Below, one piece after another: positions 1 to 12,860 of a stretch of DNA of 48,419 nt (positions are counted from its first letter, which is position 1; every line of letters begins with the position of its first letter). This DNA is from Octopus bimaculoides (Eukaryota), in assembly GCF_001194135.2 (NCBI RefSeq), contig NC_068981.1:179555543-179603961 (forward strand), written 5' to 3'. Both the position numbers and the translations under genes were made by a program. The notes beneath the pieces are model-generated. The model did no database searches, was not told where the DNA came from, and was given only the letters and a program-made list of their open reading frames with translations.

Positions 1-34
<34 letters not shown>

Positions 35-520
35 GCATCAGTTGATACGATGGTAACAAGTACATTAGAAAAGTTGAGCAAGGTGCTTGAATTTTGGAGA
101 ATTTGACCGAGAGAGACTGTTGACATGAATGCGTTTGAACAAATACATAAAATGAAATTGTATTATGTATTAAGATGAAACCTTATTAATTTCTAATTTA
201 TAAGAGAAAAACAGTTTTTAACCCTTAACTACCAGACTGTAATCTATCACACAGGTTCACACATATCAATGTATCGTTCAGCTGTTGATAAGTCTGCAAA
301 AAACAGTAATTACTTTGGGTAGTAATATTATAAGTCGTCGTATGTTATGGTGATCAGAACGTTTCCAATAGCTTCACGTAAGACCTGTTGTCGCCTACAT
401 TGCTGGAAGCAATAACAGAAGTGACGTTCTGATCGGCCATAACTCACGTCTACTTTAAATAGATCTTTGTGTGCTTGTGTCTGCACGCATGCGCATCTGT
501 GTATATCATTACATATATTC

Positions 521-930
521 TCTTATTCTTTTACTTCTTTCAGTCATTCGACTGCAGCCACGCTTTGGGTTTTTTTTTTTTTAGTCGAACAAATCAACCC
601 CAGAACTTATTTCGTAAGCCTAGTACTTATTCCACGGGCTTATATTGCCGAATCGCTAAGTTACGGGGTTAGAAACACACCAGCACGGGTTGTGGGGTGA
701 CAAACGCAGAGAGAAAGACACACATATACACACCCGCACACACGCACACACACACACACACACATATGCATATACATGACCGGCTTCTCTCTCTTTCCGT
801 CAACCAAATCCACTCACAAGGATTTTGTCGGCCCGTATCTATAGGTGCCACGTACCACATAGTGGGATTGAACCCGGAACCATGTGGTTGACAAGGAGGC
901 TTCTTACCACACAAGCACGCTGCGCCTATA
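521..930 (-). mobile_element. tRNA-derived SINE, family A, near full length, with internal (CA)n
   Basis: Reverse complement begins TATAGGCGCAGCGTG with a B-box-like GGTTCCGGGTTCAATCCC and ends CAGTCGAATGACTGAAAGAAGTAAAAGAATAAGA. Colinear with the copy at 13658-14076. Confidence 0.85.
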
Positions 931-1041
931 TATGTATGCAGCATGTATAACGTATTGTTGGATCTACATTGTTTGGCGATGCCATTTCAGATGATCGACC
1001 GATTGAGATGCTTGCTTCTGAATTAAAGAATAAATGACTGA

Positions 1042-1256
1042 GGATTTGATTTGATAGAGATGTGGACCCTTAACATGATTCTCAGTGAGTCTAAGAATCA
1101 TAGTGTGAGGATAAATACGTTACATTTCTTTGAGTCGCAGTGTAATTTACCCGTTGAGCTCCTGCGCATTTTCCTCGCCATAACAAGAAATAGTTAACTC
1201 TGAATGCTATACAGTGGAATCGAACTCGTAACCTCGTGGCTGTCAGGCAACCACAT
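1042..1256 (-). mobile_element. Degenerate tRNA-derived SINE, family B
   Basis: Minus-strand B-box CGAGTTCGATTCC near 1215-1227. CCTTAACATGATTCTCAG is the reverse complement of the CTGAGAACTATGTTAAGG motif in the copy at 21392-21635. Confidence 0.55.
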
Positions 1257-2638
1257 AATATGTTTCGGTCATATTACGCCTACAATTGCTACTACCACTA
1301 TATACGCATAACAAAAAAGAGTAGAGTATGTTCTTTTATTATGCAAATATAGGCTACGGCAAAAACACGTATAAAGACACAAGCACACACACCCACAAAC
1401 ACACATGCATGCATATATATACACGTATATGTACCTATCTATATACATATATGTGTATGTATATATGTGTGTATGTATGTATGTATATATATATANNNNN
1501 NNNNNNNNNNNNNNNNNNNNNNNNNNNNNNNNNNNNNNNNNNNNNNNNNNNNNNNNNNNNNNNNNNNNNNNNNNNNNNNNNNNNNNNNNNNNNNNNNNNN
1601 NNNNNNNNNNNNNNNNNNNNNNNNNNNNNNNNNNNNNNNNNNNNNNNNNNNNNNNNNNNNNNNNNNNNNNNNNNNNNNNNNNNNNNNNNNNNNNNNNNNN
1701 NNNNNNNNNNNNNNNNNNNNNNNNNNNNNNNNNNNNNNNNNNNNNNNNNNNNNNNNNNNNNNNNNNNNNNNNNNNNNNNNNNNNNNNNNNNNNNNNNNNN
1801 NNNNNNNNNNNNNNNNNNNNNNNNNNNNNNNNNNNNNNNNNNNNNNNNNNNNNNNNNNNNNNNNNNNNNNNNNNNNNNNNNNNNNNNNNNNNNNNNNNNN
1901 NNNNNNNNNNNNNNNNNNNNNNNNNNNNNNNNNNNNNNNNNNNNNNNNNNNNNNNNNNNNNNNNNNNNNNNNNNNNNNNNNNNNNNNNNNNNNNNNNNNN
2001 NNNNNNNNNNNNNNNNNNNNNNNNNNNNNNNNNNNNNNNNNNNNNNNNNNNNNNNNNNNNNNNNNNNNNNNNNNNNNNNNNNNNNNNNNNNNNNNNNNNN
2101 NNNNNNNNNNNNNNNNNNNNNNNNNNNNNNNNNNNNNNNNNNNNNNNNNNNNNNNNNNNNNNNNNNNNNNNNNNNNNNNNNNNNNNNNNNNNNNNNNNNN
2201 NNNNNNNNATATATATAAATACATATAGATATGCCTACAAACATGCACGAACATACGCACATACATATTTCTATATATATGTGTGTGCGACTCTAAGCGT
2301 ATGTGCGTGTTTTTCTGCGTGTTAACTGTCACAGCGTATATTGGCTTTCCTTCACACACAAGTATCTTCAACTATGCACATATCTACGTATGTATATATG
2401 AGAAAAATGTAGAATCCGCATAAACTGCTATATGAACAGCAGAAAATGTGCTGATTCAACGCTTACTACAGTCATCATTCTGGTTGTACGTTTCTGTTCC
2501 TCCACTAGCTTTAACACGTGTATTTCTCGTTTTCCCTTTTGTGCTTATAGACATATACCTATCTGTCTACCTACATGCACACATACCCACCAACCTTCAT
2601 ACCTGCCTAACTTTTTACCTACCTACCTTTCCACATAT

Positions 2639-2740
2639 CTACCTACCTACCTACCTACCTACCTACCTACCTACCTACCTACCTACCTAATGTATACATA
2701 TCTCCCAACACATGTATGTATGTATGTATGTATGTATGTA
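2639..2740. repeat. (CCTA)n followed by (TATG)n tetranucleotide microsatellites
   Basis: Direct inspection. Confidence 0.95.
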
Positions 2741-2953
2741 TAACGTATCCCCAAAACATATTACTACTTCGATATTTCGATCATGCAATAAACATCACTT
2801 TCTGTGAATAATTCAGTATTTAATTTTACACACTTATACCACTTATACCACAGAATACATATGTACATACATACATACAAACATACATACCTACATACTT
2901 ACATGCAAACATACATATATACATGCGTACGTGCATGCATATATGTATGTATG

Positions 2954-3027
<74 letters not shown>

Positions 3028-3855
3028 AATATATATATATAGATATATGTGTGTGTGTGTGTGTATGTATGTATTTATATTTACACGCACACATACTTGT
3101 ATATATATGTGTATATATAATGTTTTTTTTGGATGTCCTGTACCCATATATACATGTATGTATACATATAGATGTAGGCATGTAACCATATGTATATATT
3201 TATATATATATTATATANNNNNNNNNNNNNNNNNNNNNNNNNNNNNNNNNNNNNNNNNNNNNNNNNNNNNNNNNNNNNNNNNNNNNNNNNNNNNNNNNNN
3301 NNNNNNNNNNNNNNNNNNNNNNNNNNNNNNNNNNNNNNNNNNNNNNNNNNNNNNNNNNNNNNNNNNNNNNNNNNNNNNNNNNNNNNNNNNNNNNNNNNNN
3401 NNNNNNNNNNNNNNNNNNNNNNNNNNNNNNNNNNNNNNNNNNNNNNNNNNNNNNNNNNNNNNNNNNNNNNNNNNNNNNNNNNNNNNNNNNNNNNNNNNNN
3501 NNNNNNNNNNNNNNNNNNNNNNNNNNNNNNNNNNNNNNNNNNNNNNNNNNNNNNNNNNNNNNNNNNNNNNNNNNNNNNNNNNNNNNNNNNNNNNNNNNNN
3601 NNNNNNNNNNNNNNNNNNNNNNNNNNNNNNNNNNNNNNNNNNNNNNNNNNNNNNNNNNNNNNNNNNNNNNNNNNNNNNNNNNNNNNNNNNNNNNNNNNNN
3701 NNNNNNNNNNNNNNNNNNNNNNNNNNNNNNNNNNNNNNNNNNNNNNNNNNNNNNNNNNNNNNNNNNNNNNNNNNNNNNNNNNNNNNNNNNNNNNNNNNNN
3801 NNNNNNNNNNNNNNNNNNNNNNNNNNNNNNNNNNNNNNNNNNNNNNNNNNNNNNN

Positions 3856-3901
<46 letters not shown>

Positions 3902-4234
3902 TTAAAGAATGGCGTAAACGCATATTATAACTGCATACTTTTATTCCGACACATATATATATATACAGTTATCAAATGCGTACATACACGTATTTGTCAC
4001 AAAAGTCGTGTCTTTGAATACATTCATTTATCCAGGAAATCATTCATGAAACTCTTCAATTAACTGTAGTTGTCCTCAAACACAGTCGCGACGCATACAC
4101 AGAAACACACACGGTGACATACAAGCACACTCATGCATATGTAACACTCACACCATACGTATCTATACACACGTACAGGCACACACACGCACATATATTT
4201 TCAAAAATCGGAGTTTGAAACGTACGAAATTAGA

Positions 4235-4300
4235 CGGTGCTCCAGCATGGCCGCAGTCAAATGACTGAAACAAGTAAAAGAGTAAAAGAGTAAAAAGAAA
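4235..4300 (+). mobile_element. 3' end of SINE family A with (GTAAAAGA)n tail
   Basis: CGGTGCTCCAGCATGGCCGCAGTCAAATGACTGAAACAAGTAAAAGAGTAAAAGAG matches the reverse complement of the 3' end of 13658-14076. Confidence 0.85.
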
Positions 4301-4357
4301 GAGTATATTAATGATAATAATTATAATGGTAACAACATCAACCTCAATATAATACTG

Positions 4358-4358
<1 letters not shown>

Positions 4359-4447
<89 letters not shown>

Positions 4448-5399
4448 NNNNNNNNNNNNNNNNNNNNNNNNNNNNNNNNNNNNNNNNNNNNNNNNNNNNN
4501 NNNNNNNNNNNNNNNNNNNNNNNNNNNNNNNNNNNNNNNNNNNNNNNNNNNNNNNNNNNNNNNNNNNNNNNNNNNNNNNNNNNNNNNNNNNNNNNNNNNN
4601 NNNNNNNNNNNNNNNNNNNNNNNNNNNNNNNNNNNNNNNNNNNNNNNNNNNNNNNNNNNNNNNNNNNNNNNNNNNNNNNNNNNNNNNNNNNNNNNNNNNN
4701 NNNNNNNNNNNNNNNNNNNNNNNNNNNNNNNNNNNNNNNNNNNNNNNNNNNNNNNNNNNNNNNNNNNNNNNNNNNNNNNNNNNNNNNNNNNNNNNNNNNN
4801 NNNNNNNNNNNNNNNNNNNNNNNNNNNNNNNNNNNNNNNNNNNNNNNNNNNNNNNNNNNNNNNNNNNNNNNNNNNNNNNNNNNNNNNNNNNNNNNNNNNN
4901 NNNNNNNNNNNNNNNNNNNNNNNNNNNNNNNNNNNNNNNNNNNNNNNNNNNNNNNNNNNNNNNNNNNNNNNNNNNNNNNNNNNNNNNNNNNNNNNNNNNN
5001 NNNNNNNNNNNNNNNNNNNNNNNNNNNNNNNNNNNNNNNNNNNNNNNNNNNNNNNNNNNNNNNNNNNNNNNNNNNNNNNNNNNNNNNNNNNNNNNNNNNN
5101 NNNNNNNNNNNNNNNNNNNNNNNNNNNNNNNNNNNNNNNNNNNNNNNNNNNNNNNNNNNNNNNNNNNNNNNNNNNNNNNNNNNNNNNNNNNNNNNNNNNN
5201 NNNNNNNNNNNNNNNNNNNNNNNNNNNNNNNNNNNNNNNNNNNNNNNNNNNNNNNNNNNNNNNNNNNNNNNNNNNNNNNNNNNNNNNNNNNNNNNNNNNN
5301 NNNNNNNNNNNNNNNNNNNNNNNNNNNNNNNNNNNNNNNNNNATGATGATGATGATGATGCTGCTGATGATGATGATGATGGTGATGCTGATGATGACG

Positions 5400-5480
<81 letters not shown>

Positions 5481-5541
5481 CTGCTGATGATGGTGATGCT
5501 GATGATGACGACGACGACGACGAGAATGATGATGATGATGA
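4359..5541. repeat. (TAA)n / assembly gap / (TGA)n microsatellite block
   Basis: (TAA)n lies before the N-run. (TGA)n with GCT/GGT/CGA variants lies after it. Confidence 0.95.
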
Positions 5542-6036
5542 GCACCTGTAGAATATAATAAAGCAAGACATGACAGAGTCAGCCAGTATTTACACTGGAC
5601 AATATGTCGGCATTGTAATATCAAAACCGCTGCGAAATGGTATAAACACCATCCTGAAGCTGTGACCGAGGGAGAAAATGTGTCGATTCTCTGGGACTTC
5701 CCCGTACATACCGACAAAACTATAAAAGCTAATAAACCGGATATTATAATAAAAGATCAGGCAAAAAAGATGTGTTTATTAATTGGCATGAGTATTCGTT
5801 GCGATGAAAATATAGCGGCGAAAGAATTTGACAAGATCAGTAAATATAAAGACTTGCTAATAGAAATTGAAAAAATGTGGCACCTCAAGGCGACTACCAT
5901 GCCAGTGATTGTAGGATCTCTAGGAATGATAAAAAAAGGTACTGAAACCTATTTGAAAATGATACCAGGCTTACCATCCCTACAGGAAGTGCAAAAAATC
6001 GTGTTAACTGGGACGAATCACTGTCTTCGGTGTTGA
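5542..6036 (+). mobile_element. R4/Dong-like non-LTR retrotransposon fragment (RLE domain)
   Basis: Open frame APVEYNKARHDRVSQYLHWTIC...ILWDFPVHTDKTIKANKPDIIIKD...KYKDLLIEIEKMWHLK..MPVIVGSLG..LQEVQKIVLTGT. It carries the RHD, PD-(D/E)xK and KY..L motifs of restriction-like endonucleases. Confidence 0.9.
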
Positions 6037-6060
6037 GAGCAAAACCGAAACTGCTAAGCT

Positions 6061-6072
6061 ATATATATATAG

Positions 6073-6103
<31 letters not shown>

Positions 6104-6133
6104 GATAGATAGATACATACATACATACATACA

Positions 6134-6164
<31 letters not shown>

Positions 6165-6165
6165 G
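6061..6165. repeat. Compound (TA)n(TAGA)n(TACA)n microsatellite
   Basis: Direct inspection. Confidence 0.95.
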
Positions 6166-6169
6166 CATC

Positions 6170-6433
6170 TATATGTATGTGATTGTGTGTTTGTCCCACG
6201 CCACCTTTTGACAACCGCTGTTGGTTTGTTGACATCCACGTAAGTTAGCAGTTCGGCGAAAGAAACGAATTGGATAAGTTACGGACCTTCAAAAACAATA
6301 AATAAATAAATTAATCAATTAATTAATTAATTAATTAAAAGTCCTGGCGTTGATTTGTTTCACTAAATACTTCAAGGTAGTCCCACCTCAACGTGGCCGC
6401 AGTCCAATGACCAAAACAAGTAGAAGTTAAAAG
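6170..6433 (+). mobile_element. 3' half of SINE family A with internal (TAAT)n expansion
   Basis: TTGACAACCGCTGTTGGTTTGTT...GTGGCCGCAGTCCAATGACCAAAACAAGTAGAAG is colinear with the family A 3' region. Confidence 0.75.
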
Positions 6434-9400
6434 CCAATATATTACTTCTAGTATGTGATGTATTTGTTTTGAAATTTCTCACCATCAAATTGTTCATTAA
6501 TTTCTAGTTCGTTCAGCACATCAACATTGAGCTATTACTATGCAATAAATAGTAATATAGCAAATATAAATAATAAATACAATATCATAACGATACGAAC
6601 TCGCCGCTTTTCAGCTTCAGTATCAATACCTTGTTTATTCAGACTCTGCGATTCATCGACCATCTAAATAAATAGCTTTTATCTATGCGATATTTATTTT
6701 ATTCAATTGTAAATGTCGTCTTCTGTTTCCATGTGATATCATCCTAACTTTCCGAAACATGAAATACCTCATTTTAGAGTAATAGGCATTAATATAATAG
6801 ACATTTAGAAAGATTGTGCAAACAGATATATAGAATATATTTACCCTTAAATGTGAAACGTATGGATTGATGTCACGAATGGCTCATTTGAAAAGTTACT
6901 TTAACAATGGATTTCTCTCTTATTTTTTTTTTAACATGTTTATCGAAAATATTTTTTATCGTGACAATGTGTTCATGAAGACCTCATGGCTGACTGGATC
7001 TATTTGAATTTTTATTTGAAGACTGACAAATCAATAGTCAAGATCAAAGTGTAAATCGTAATAACAGTCAGTGAAATAAATACCTCGAATATATATTAAA
7101 GATACGCAGTGGTGTTAAATCAATAATACACATTACGACTTTTGTTGGGTAGAAAATATGAGTAATTATATCACATTAAAGAATCAACGCTTTCCACTTG
7201 ATCAGACTGATTTTACATAACTGTAGATTGTAAAATGCTATAAAAATACTTTGCTAAATAGATATGACATAATACCAGTGTATTATTTTGCTATTGCATT
7301 CGAGTAATAGGAATTCGAAGTTCAATAATGTTATTCTAATGTTAGAAGTGTCTTTTTTATATGGTTATGATATAGTCAATGGTCTGAAACGGAGTATATA
7401 ACTGCTAACTTTACGTGAAGTCTAGTAGAATGAAAAATAACATTTTCCAGGTAGCATGGCGTATGCTATTCACTACACGGTAAAAGTATTTTAGAAGTGT
7501 GTATTCTTAAAGCTAATGTATATTAGCATGTAGGCCCGAATTTATAGGGAAGCGGAACGTAAGTTTTCAAAGGGAAGCAACCGTTTTCATGTAGGGAATT
7601 AGTTTCAACAACAAACCGAAACCTCTCCGTGGAGTCTGCTTGCTCTGAACGTATATTTTTTAATCTCTGAAACCATATTTTATGGAATTTATAACCTACC
7701 AAACAGATAACTGCATAAAATAAAATGAATACAGGTATAGCAATACTTGTAACGTTCTTGTTGCATAATATGACTTATCTTTAAATAAAGACTTTGCTGC
7801 TAATAATTACTAAGCATTTACTTGCAATATTATTGAATATATAAACAAATAACATTTTAATATAATGGCTGACATTTCGGTGTTCTCGACAAAATAATAC
7901 CGATAAGAGGTATTTATGGTTAGCGTTCAAATCTCGACGAGGTTAATTAAATCTGTTCCAATCAAAGAGTTCTAAATACACTGATGATGTAACAGACATT
8001 CCAACATTATACACAGCATTTACCACTTTATAACATTTTGATCATGCAATTTAACGGAGCATGAGCACATATTTTATCCGCACAGTAGGTAGCAAGTATG
8101 TTCTGTAGGAACAGGTAATCATTAGCTGTAATATAGTACTTGTTTCAAGGCAATCAATAATGAAACATGATCGATGGTTTTAATCATTTTTCCATTGCCA
8201 TTCCTTTCATCATTGCACCCCAAACATAGGCTCAACTCTTGCAGCAACGTAAAATATAAAAATTAGAGTGTAATAAAAATGCGATTATATCTTCTGTGTG
8301 TTATCAGCTGTTAAAGCCTTACATTAATAAAGATTTAAACTGAGATCATAGGTTAAAATATATAATTCTAAAAAAAGTCTCCTGCGGCGTTTTGTGGTTT
8401 CAGTTTGATAAGAAAACGTCTAAATCAATAGGGAACATAGAAGCGTTTATGAGTTCGATGTTTTCTTGGCGGAGAGTCTAATCAGAATACAGTAAAATGA
8501 GGCCAATTTTGACTTATAAACCTAGAACATGATTCCTAACTTCGCTCATTGGGAACAGACATATAGAATGGATGACATTTAAAAATATACATTAGCTTAA
8601 ATATCTCACCGTGAATAATTATCTATGAGTTGTTTTCTGATTATATAGAATGCGGCATAGTATGCTGAACTTTAATCTCGTTATAATTATCAAAACAACC
8701 TCCTAAATTTACAAAATCTATTTAAAATTCCACTTCTTTTTCGTTTCTGAATTATGAAGATAATTCTAGAAGAGAGTTCTATATACGTCTCGAAAAGTAA
8801 ATACTGTGTACGGACACACGCATAAAGCTATGTGTATAAAGGTATACATAAACGATTTTCTTGTGTAAAATCGGTCAGATAAGCCAGAAAGAACTTTAGG
8901 GAATACTGAAATTTTAATTTTTTCGGTGCTTTTCGTTAGCTAAATCATTAGATTTAACAAAGAATTTTAACTGTGAAGTCATGAACTTAATATACGAACC
9001 TGAGTACAACATCAGTCATCTACCAGTGAGTATCTTTAGTAGCAAACAAGCAACCCTATTCATTTGTAAACAAAAACTCTAAACCCTATCAATACCGCAT
9101 CTCACTAGCCAGGATTCAGGATCGTGCTCCCTAAGCAATGTTGCGATTGCCGACTAGAGCGTTCAAATGTTGGCGTGACTAAGATTCCCAAAAGCTGTTC
9201 ACCTATCTATGAACAAGAAAATCCTATATTTCTTAGTTTCTTACTTTAATTCAGGTGACTGTATTCTACTAATCAGAAATGCATTAAAAAACAAGTCAGC
9301 AGAAAACATAAATGCCCTAGTAGGAACGCAGATTTCTTAAGGTACTGAAATAGACATTGAACAACAATCGAACAATAGATAAATTGAGGATGCATATTAA

Positions 9401-10160
9401 ATACACGAAAGTTCATACCTCAGAATAATCGCTGAGTAAATGTAGGTACCATAAACTTAGACCACAGACGAGTGTTTGCATCATAAATGGGAACTAGTTG
9501 CAGAGTAGGATAGTTCTGCATCACATTTGGAAAACAATTAGCAGTTAATCAAACGTAAAGCATTGTAGGTATGTACGTTATATGTACTACGTCTTGGTGA
9601 ACAAATATAACAATACATAAAGAAGTGAAACATCTTTACCATGTCTGCCATGTGTATGAGAGTTCTGGAAATAGGGTATGTATGTAGGTGTATATATTTG
9701 TTTGTGCGCGCATGTATGTGACGTGGGGTGTGTATATATATAGTAAAATGAAAAGAAACGTTTAGAAACGATACATGCTTTTCATAATCCAGTACACACA
9801 TACTGCGCACACATTTCACATGCATTAAAACACGGATAAATAAAAGATTAAATCTTGGACTTGCAAATATTAAAATATAAGGGTTTATTTCGATTTTCCT
9901 CGAAAGACGTATTGTTAATTAGGGGCACTTCACTTATCTTGTCCACTTTTATAGTCAAAATAGAAACTAAACTTCAAGCCCAGTATCTAAGAACGCATCA
10001 CACTCAATCGCATCTACCATGCAATCTCTTTTCACTGAGCAAAATATTTCCGCAATGAATTTAAATGACATGTGTCAAGAATGCATTGTTATAGCTCTAC
10101 TGATTCTAAATGGGACGGTATTCAATGATAATGACATCACGAAATCAAAGGTCATTTAGA

Positions 10161-10480
10161 AGACACATGGTTCAGGGGTTAGAGCGTTGGACTCACAATC
10201 ATGAAGTACTGAGTTCGAATCCCGGACCGGACTGGGTGTTGTGCTCTTGAGCAAGACACTTTATCTCACGTTGCTCCAGTTCACTCAGTTGTACAAACGA
10301 ACTACGACGTCACTGGTGCCAAGGTGTATGGGCATTTGCCTTTCGCTTGGATAACATCAGTGGTGTGCATAGGGGAGGCTGACATGCATGGGCGACTGCA
10401 TCTTCCATAAAGAATCATCCACGGACTTGTGTCACGGAGGGGAAATGTTTAGGTGCAATCTCATGATCATACCTTTTCAC
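10161..10480 (+). mobile_element. tRNA-derived SINE, family B
   Basis: A-box-like TGGTTCAGGGGTTAGAG, B-box GAGTTCGAATCC, then CTTGAGCAAGACACTTTATCTCACGTTGCTCCAGT, a typical SINE central segment. Confidence 0.8.
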
Positions 10481-10555
10481 ATGTATATATATATAATTTA
10501 TAATTTACCAAATCACATACATACGCACACACAGACACACACACACACACACACG

Positions 10556-10611
<56 letters not shown>

Positions 10612-10636
10612 ATATGTGACAATTAGTTGGTTGTCA

Positions 10637-10699
10637 TAATGAAACTCAGATTTTCGGATGCCGGGGCTGAAGTCTGCTCCAGCATCTCATCAGTTATTA
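10637..10699 (-). ncRNA. Decayed minimal hammerhead-ribozyme-like motif (Penelope-type)
   Basis: Minus strand: TAATAA-CTGATGA-GATGCTGG..CCGGCATC-C-GAAA-ATCTGAG-TT-TCATTA. The core and a long stem II are intact. Stem III is a near-palindrome with one mismatch and stem I has one mismatch. Confidence 0.45.
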
Positions 10700-10869
10700 A
10701 GACAAGCGTTTGATTTCGTGATGTCATTATCATTGAATACCGTCCCATTTAGAATCAGTAGAGCGACAACAATGCATTCATGACACATGTCATTTAAATT
10801 AATTGTCACATATTACATTTATAGAGAAATTACTCCATTTTACATATTATCGAGGTCTCATTCATTCTT

Positions 10870-10889
10870 TTGTTGTCATATTATTATTA

Positions 10890-10948
<59 letters not shown>
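10870..10948. repeat. (TAT)n, the (AAT)n tail of the adjacent minus-strand element
   Basis: Abuts the element at 10949 directly. Confidence 0.9.
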
Positions 10949-11199
10949 GAGTGAGAGAGCTGTGTATGCCACCAAAGTGACACTGGGGTAATATATACGA
11001 AGCCCAAAATATCCATCAGGACTACCCGTCTGATAAGGGTACACCAGGCACATGCATCACAACCATATGTGCGTGACATGGTGATCTCATATGAAGATAA
11101 ACAGCGCCTGACCTCGCAGGTGGGGCCCAGTTAGAATTTTCTTCAGTTCGTGTAGCCCATCCCGCTCAAAAGGTCCCTGAATAGGGTTTATTTAATGAT
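10949..11199 (-). mobile_element. 3' terminus of an interspersed retroposon (family D), probably a LINE 3' UTR
   Basis: Non-coding segment of moderate GC content that ends directly in an (AAT)n tail on the minus strand and runs into a gap. Its far end overlaps the end of 28686-28987 (14/19 nt). Confidence 0.5.
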
Positions 11200-11933
11200 N
11201 NNNNNNNNNNNNNNNNNNNNNNNNNNNNNNNNNNNNNNNNNNNNNNNNNNNNNNNNNNNNNNNNNNNNNNNNNNNNNNNNNNNNNNNNNNNNNNNNNNNN
11301 NNNNNNNNNNNNNNNNNNNNNNNNNNNNNNNNNNNNNNNNNNNNNNNNNNNNNNNNNNNNNNNNNNNNNNNNNNNNNNNNNNNNNNNNNNNNNNNNNNNN
11401 NNNNNNNNNNNNNNNNNNNNNNNNNNNNNNNNNNNNNNNNNNNNNNNNNNNNNNNNNNNNNNNNNNNNNNNNNNNNNNNNNNNNNNNNNNNNNNNNNNNN
11501 NNNNNNNNNNNNNNNNNNNNNNNNNNNNNNNNNNNNNNNNNNNNNNNNNNNNNNNNNNNNNNNNNNNNNNNNNNNNNNNNNNNNNNNNNNNNNNNNNNNN
11601 NNNNNNNNNNNNNNNNNNNNNNNNNNNNNNNNNNNNNNNNNNNNNNNNNNNNNNNNNNNNNNNNNNNNNNNNNNNNNNNNNNNNNNNNNNNNNNNNNNNN
11701 NNNNNNNNNNNNNNNNNNNNNNNNNNNNNNNNNNNNNNNNNNNNNNNNNNNNNNNNNNNNNNNNNNNNNNNNNNNNNNNNNNNNNNNNNNNNNNNNNNNN
11801 NNNNNNNNNNNNNNNNNNNNNNNNNNNNNNNNNNNNNNNNNNNNNNNNNTCTTTTGTTTTAATGAATTACATAAACGAGAGTGCTTGTAATTCCTGCTAT
11901 AAATGTAAGTACACACTTATTAACATATGTGTA

Positions 11934-12002
<69 letters not shown>

Positions 12003-12264
12003 TGCGTGTGTGTGTGTCTGTGTGTGCGTGTGTATACATACAACACGTAAGGAATGGAGTGGATAACATCCGGGCTACATATTATTCAATAGCGATCGGA
12101 ACCTCGGAAGTGGTAAATATCCATTCGAGGTGTATACCGTAGGCTATTCGTCAGACCAAGGGTATCTTGATTAAATGAAGTTTACATTGTCATAAAGAGG
12201 TACATGTTAACACACAGAAGATTCAATCAGAACACACACAAGCAGACACACACGCGCCCACGCA

Positions 12265-12313
<49 letters not shown>

Positions 12314-12439
12314 ACATATATATATATATAACGCACCTGCTGGGTCTAGCGAACATAATCATCTAAATATAAACAAGAGACGTAAACCGCAATAAAAAGC
12401 ATCAAATACGGCCAAATTGTAATAGAAATGCTTATGATA

Positions 12440-12860
12440 TAGCTAACACGGTAACAACATCGGAAAATGAAGTCAGAACTGCCGTATGTATAAATAAATA
12501 TGATAAATGCTCTTGCAGAGAAAAATCAAAATGCCCATTGATGAACCTCTGTATGAGTACAAATCTTGTATGTAAATGTACCGTGCACACAAGGGGTGGC
12601 CAGTATGTTTGCATTGGGCAGACAGCGGATTCATTTAAGAATTCTTATCGCAGCCATGTCACCTACTTCAAGAGAACCAATAAGAGACATTCACCATCTT
12701 TGGCCGATTTTCTGTGGTGATTGAAGGAAGATAAAATTAAGTGTAATATAACTTGGTTCATTGCAGGGCACGCAAAACCATACAATATCATTTCGAGGTG
12801 ATGCAGAATCTGCTCCAGTGAATCCCACTCTATTTTGTGGACCAATAAAATGAGAAGATC
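12440..12860 (+). mobile_element. Penelope-like element, GIY-YIG endonuclease remnant
   Basis: One frame reads CSCREKSKCPLMNLCMSTNLVCKCTV..QYVCIGQTADSFKNSYRSH..F..LADFLW*LKEDKIKCNITW....AKPY....*CRICSSE. This follows the recalled PLE pattern CxC...CPL..C...VVY..YIG.T..FK.R..H...LS..IW.LK...W...A.PY...C.LC. Two stop codons. Confidence 0.75.
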
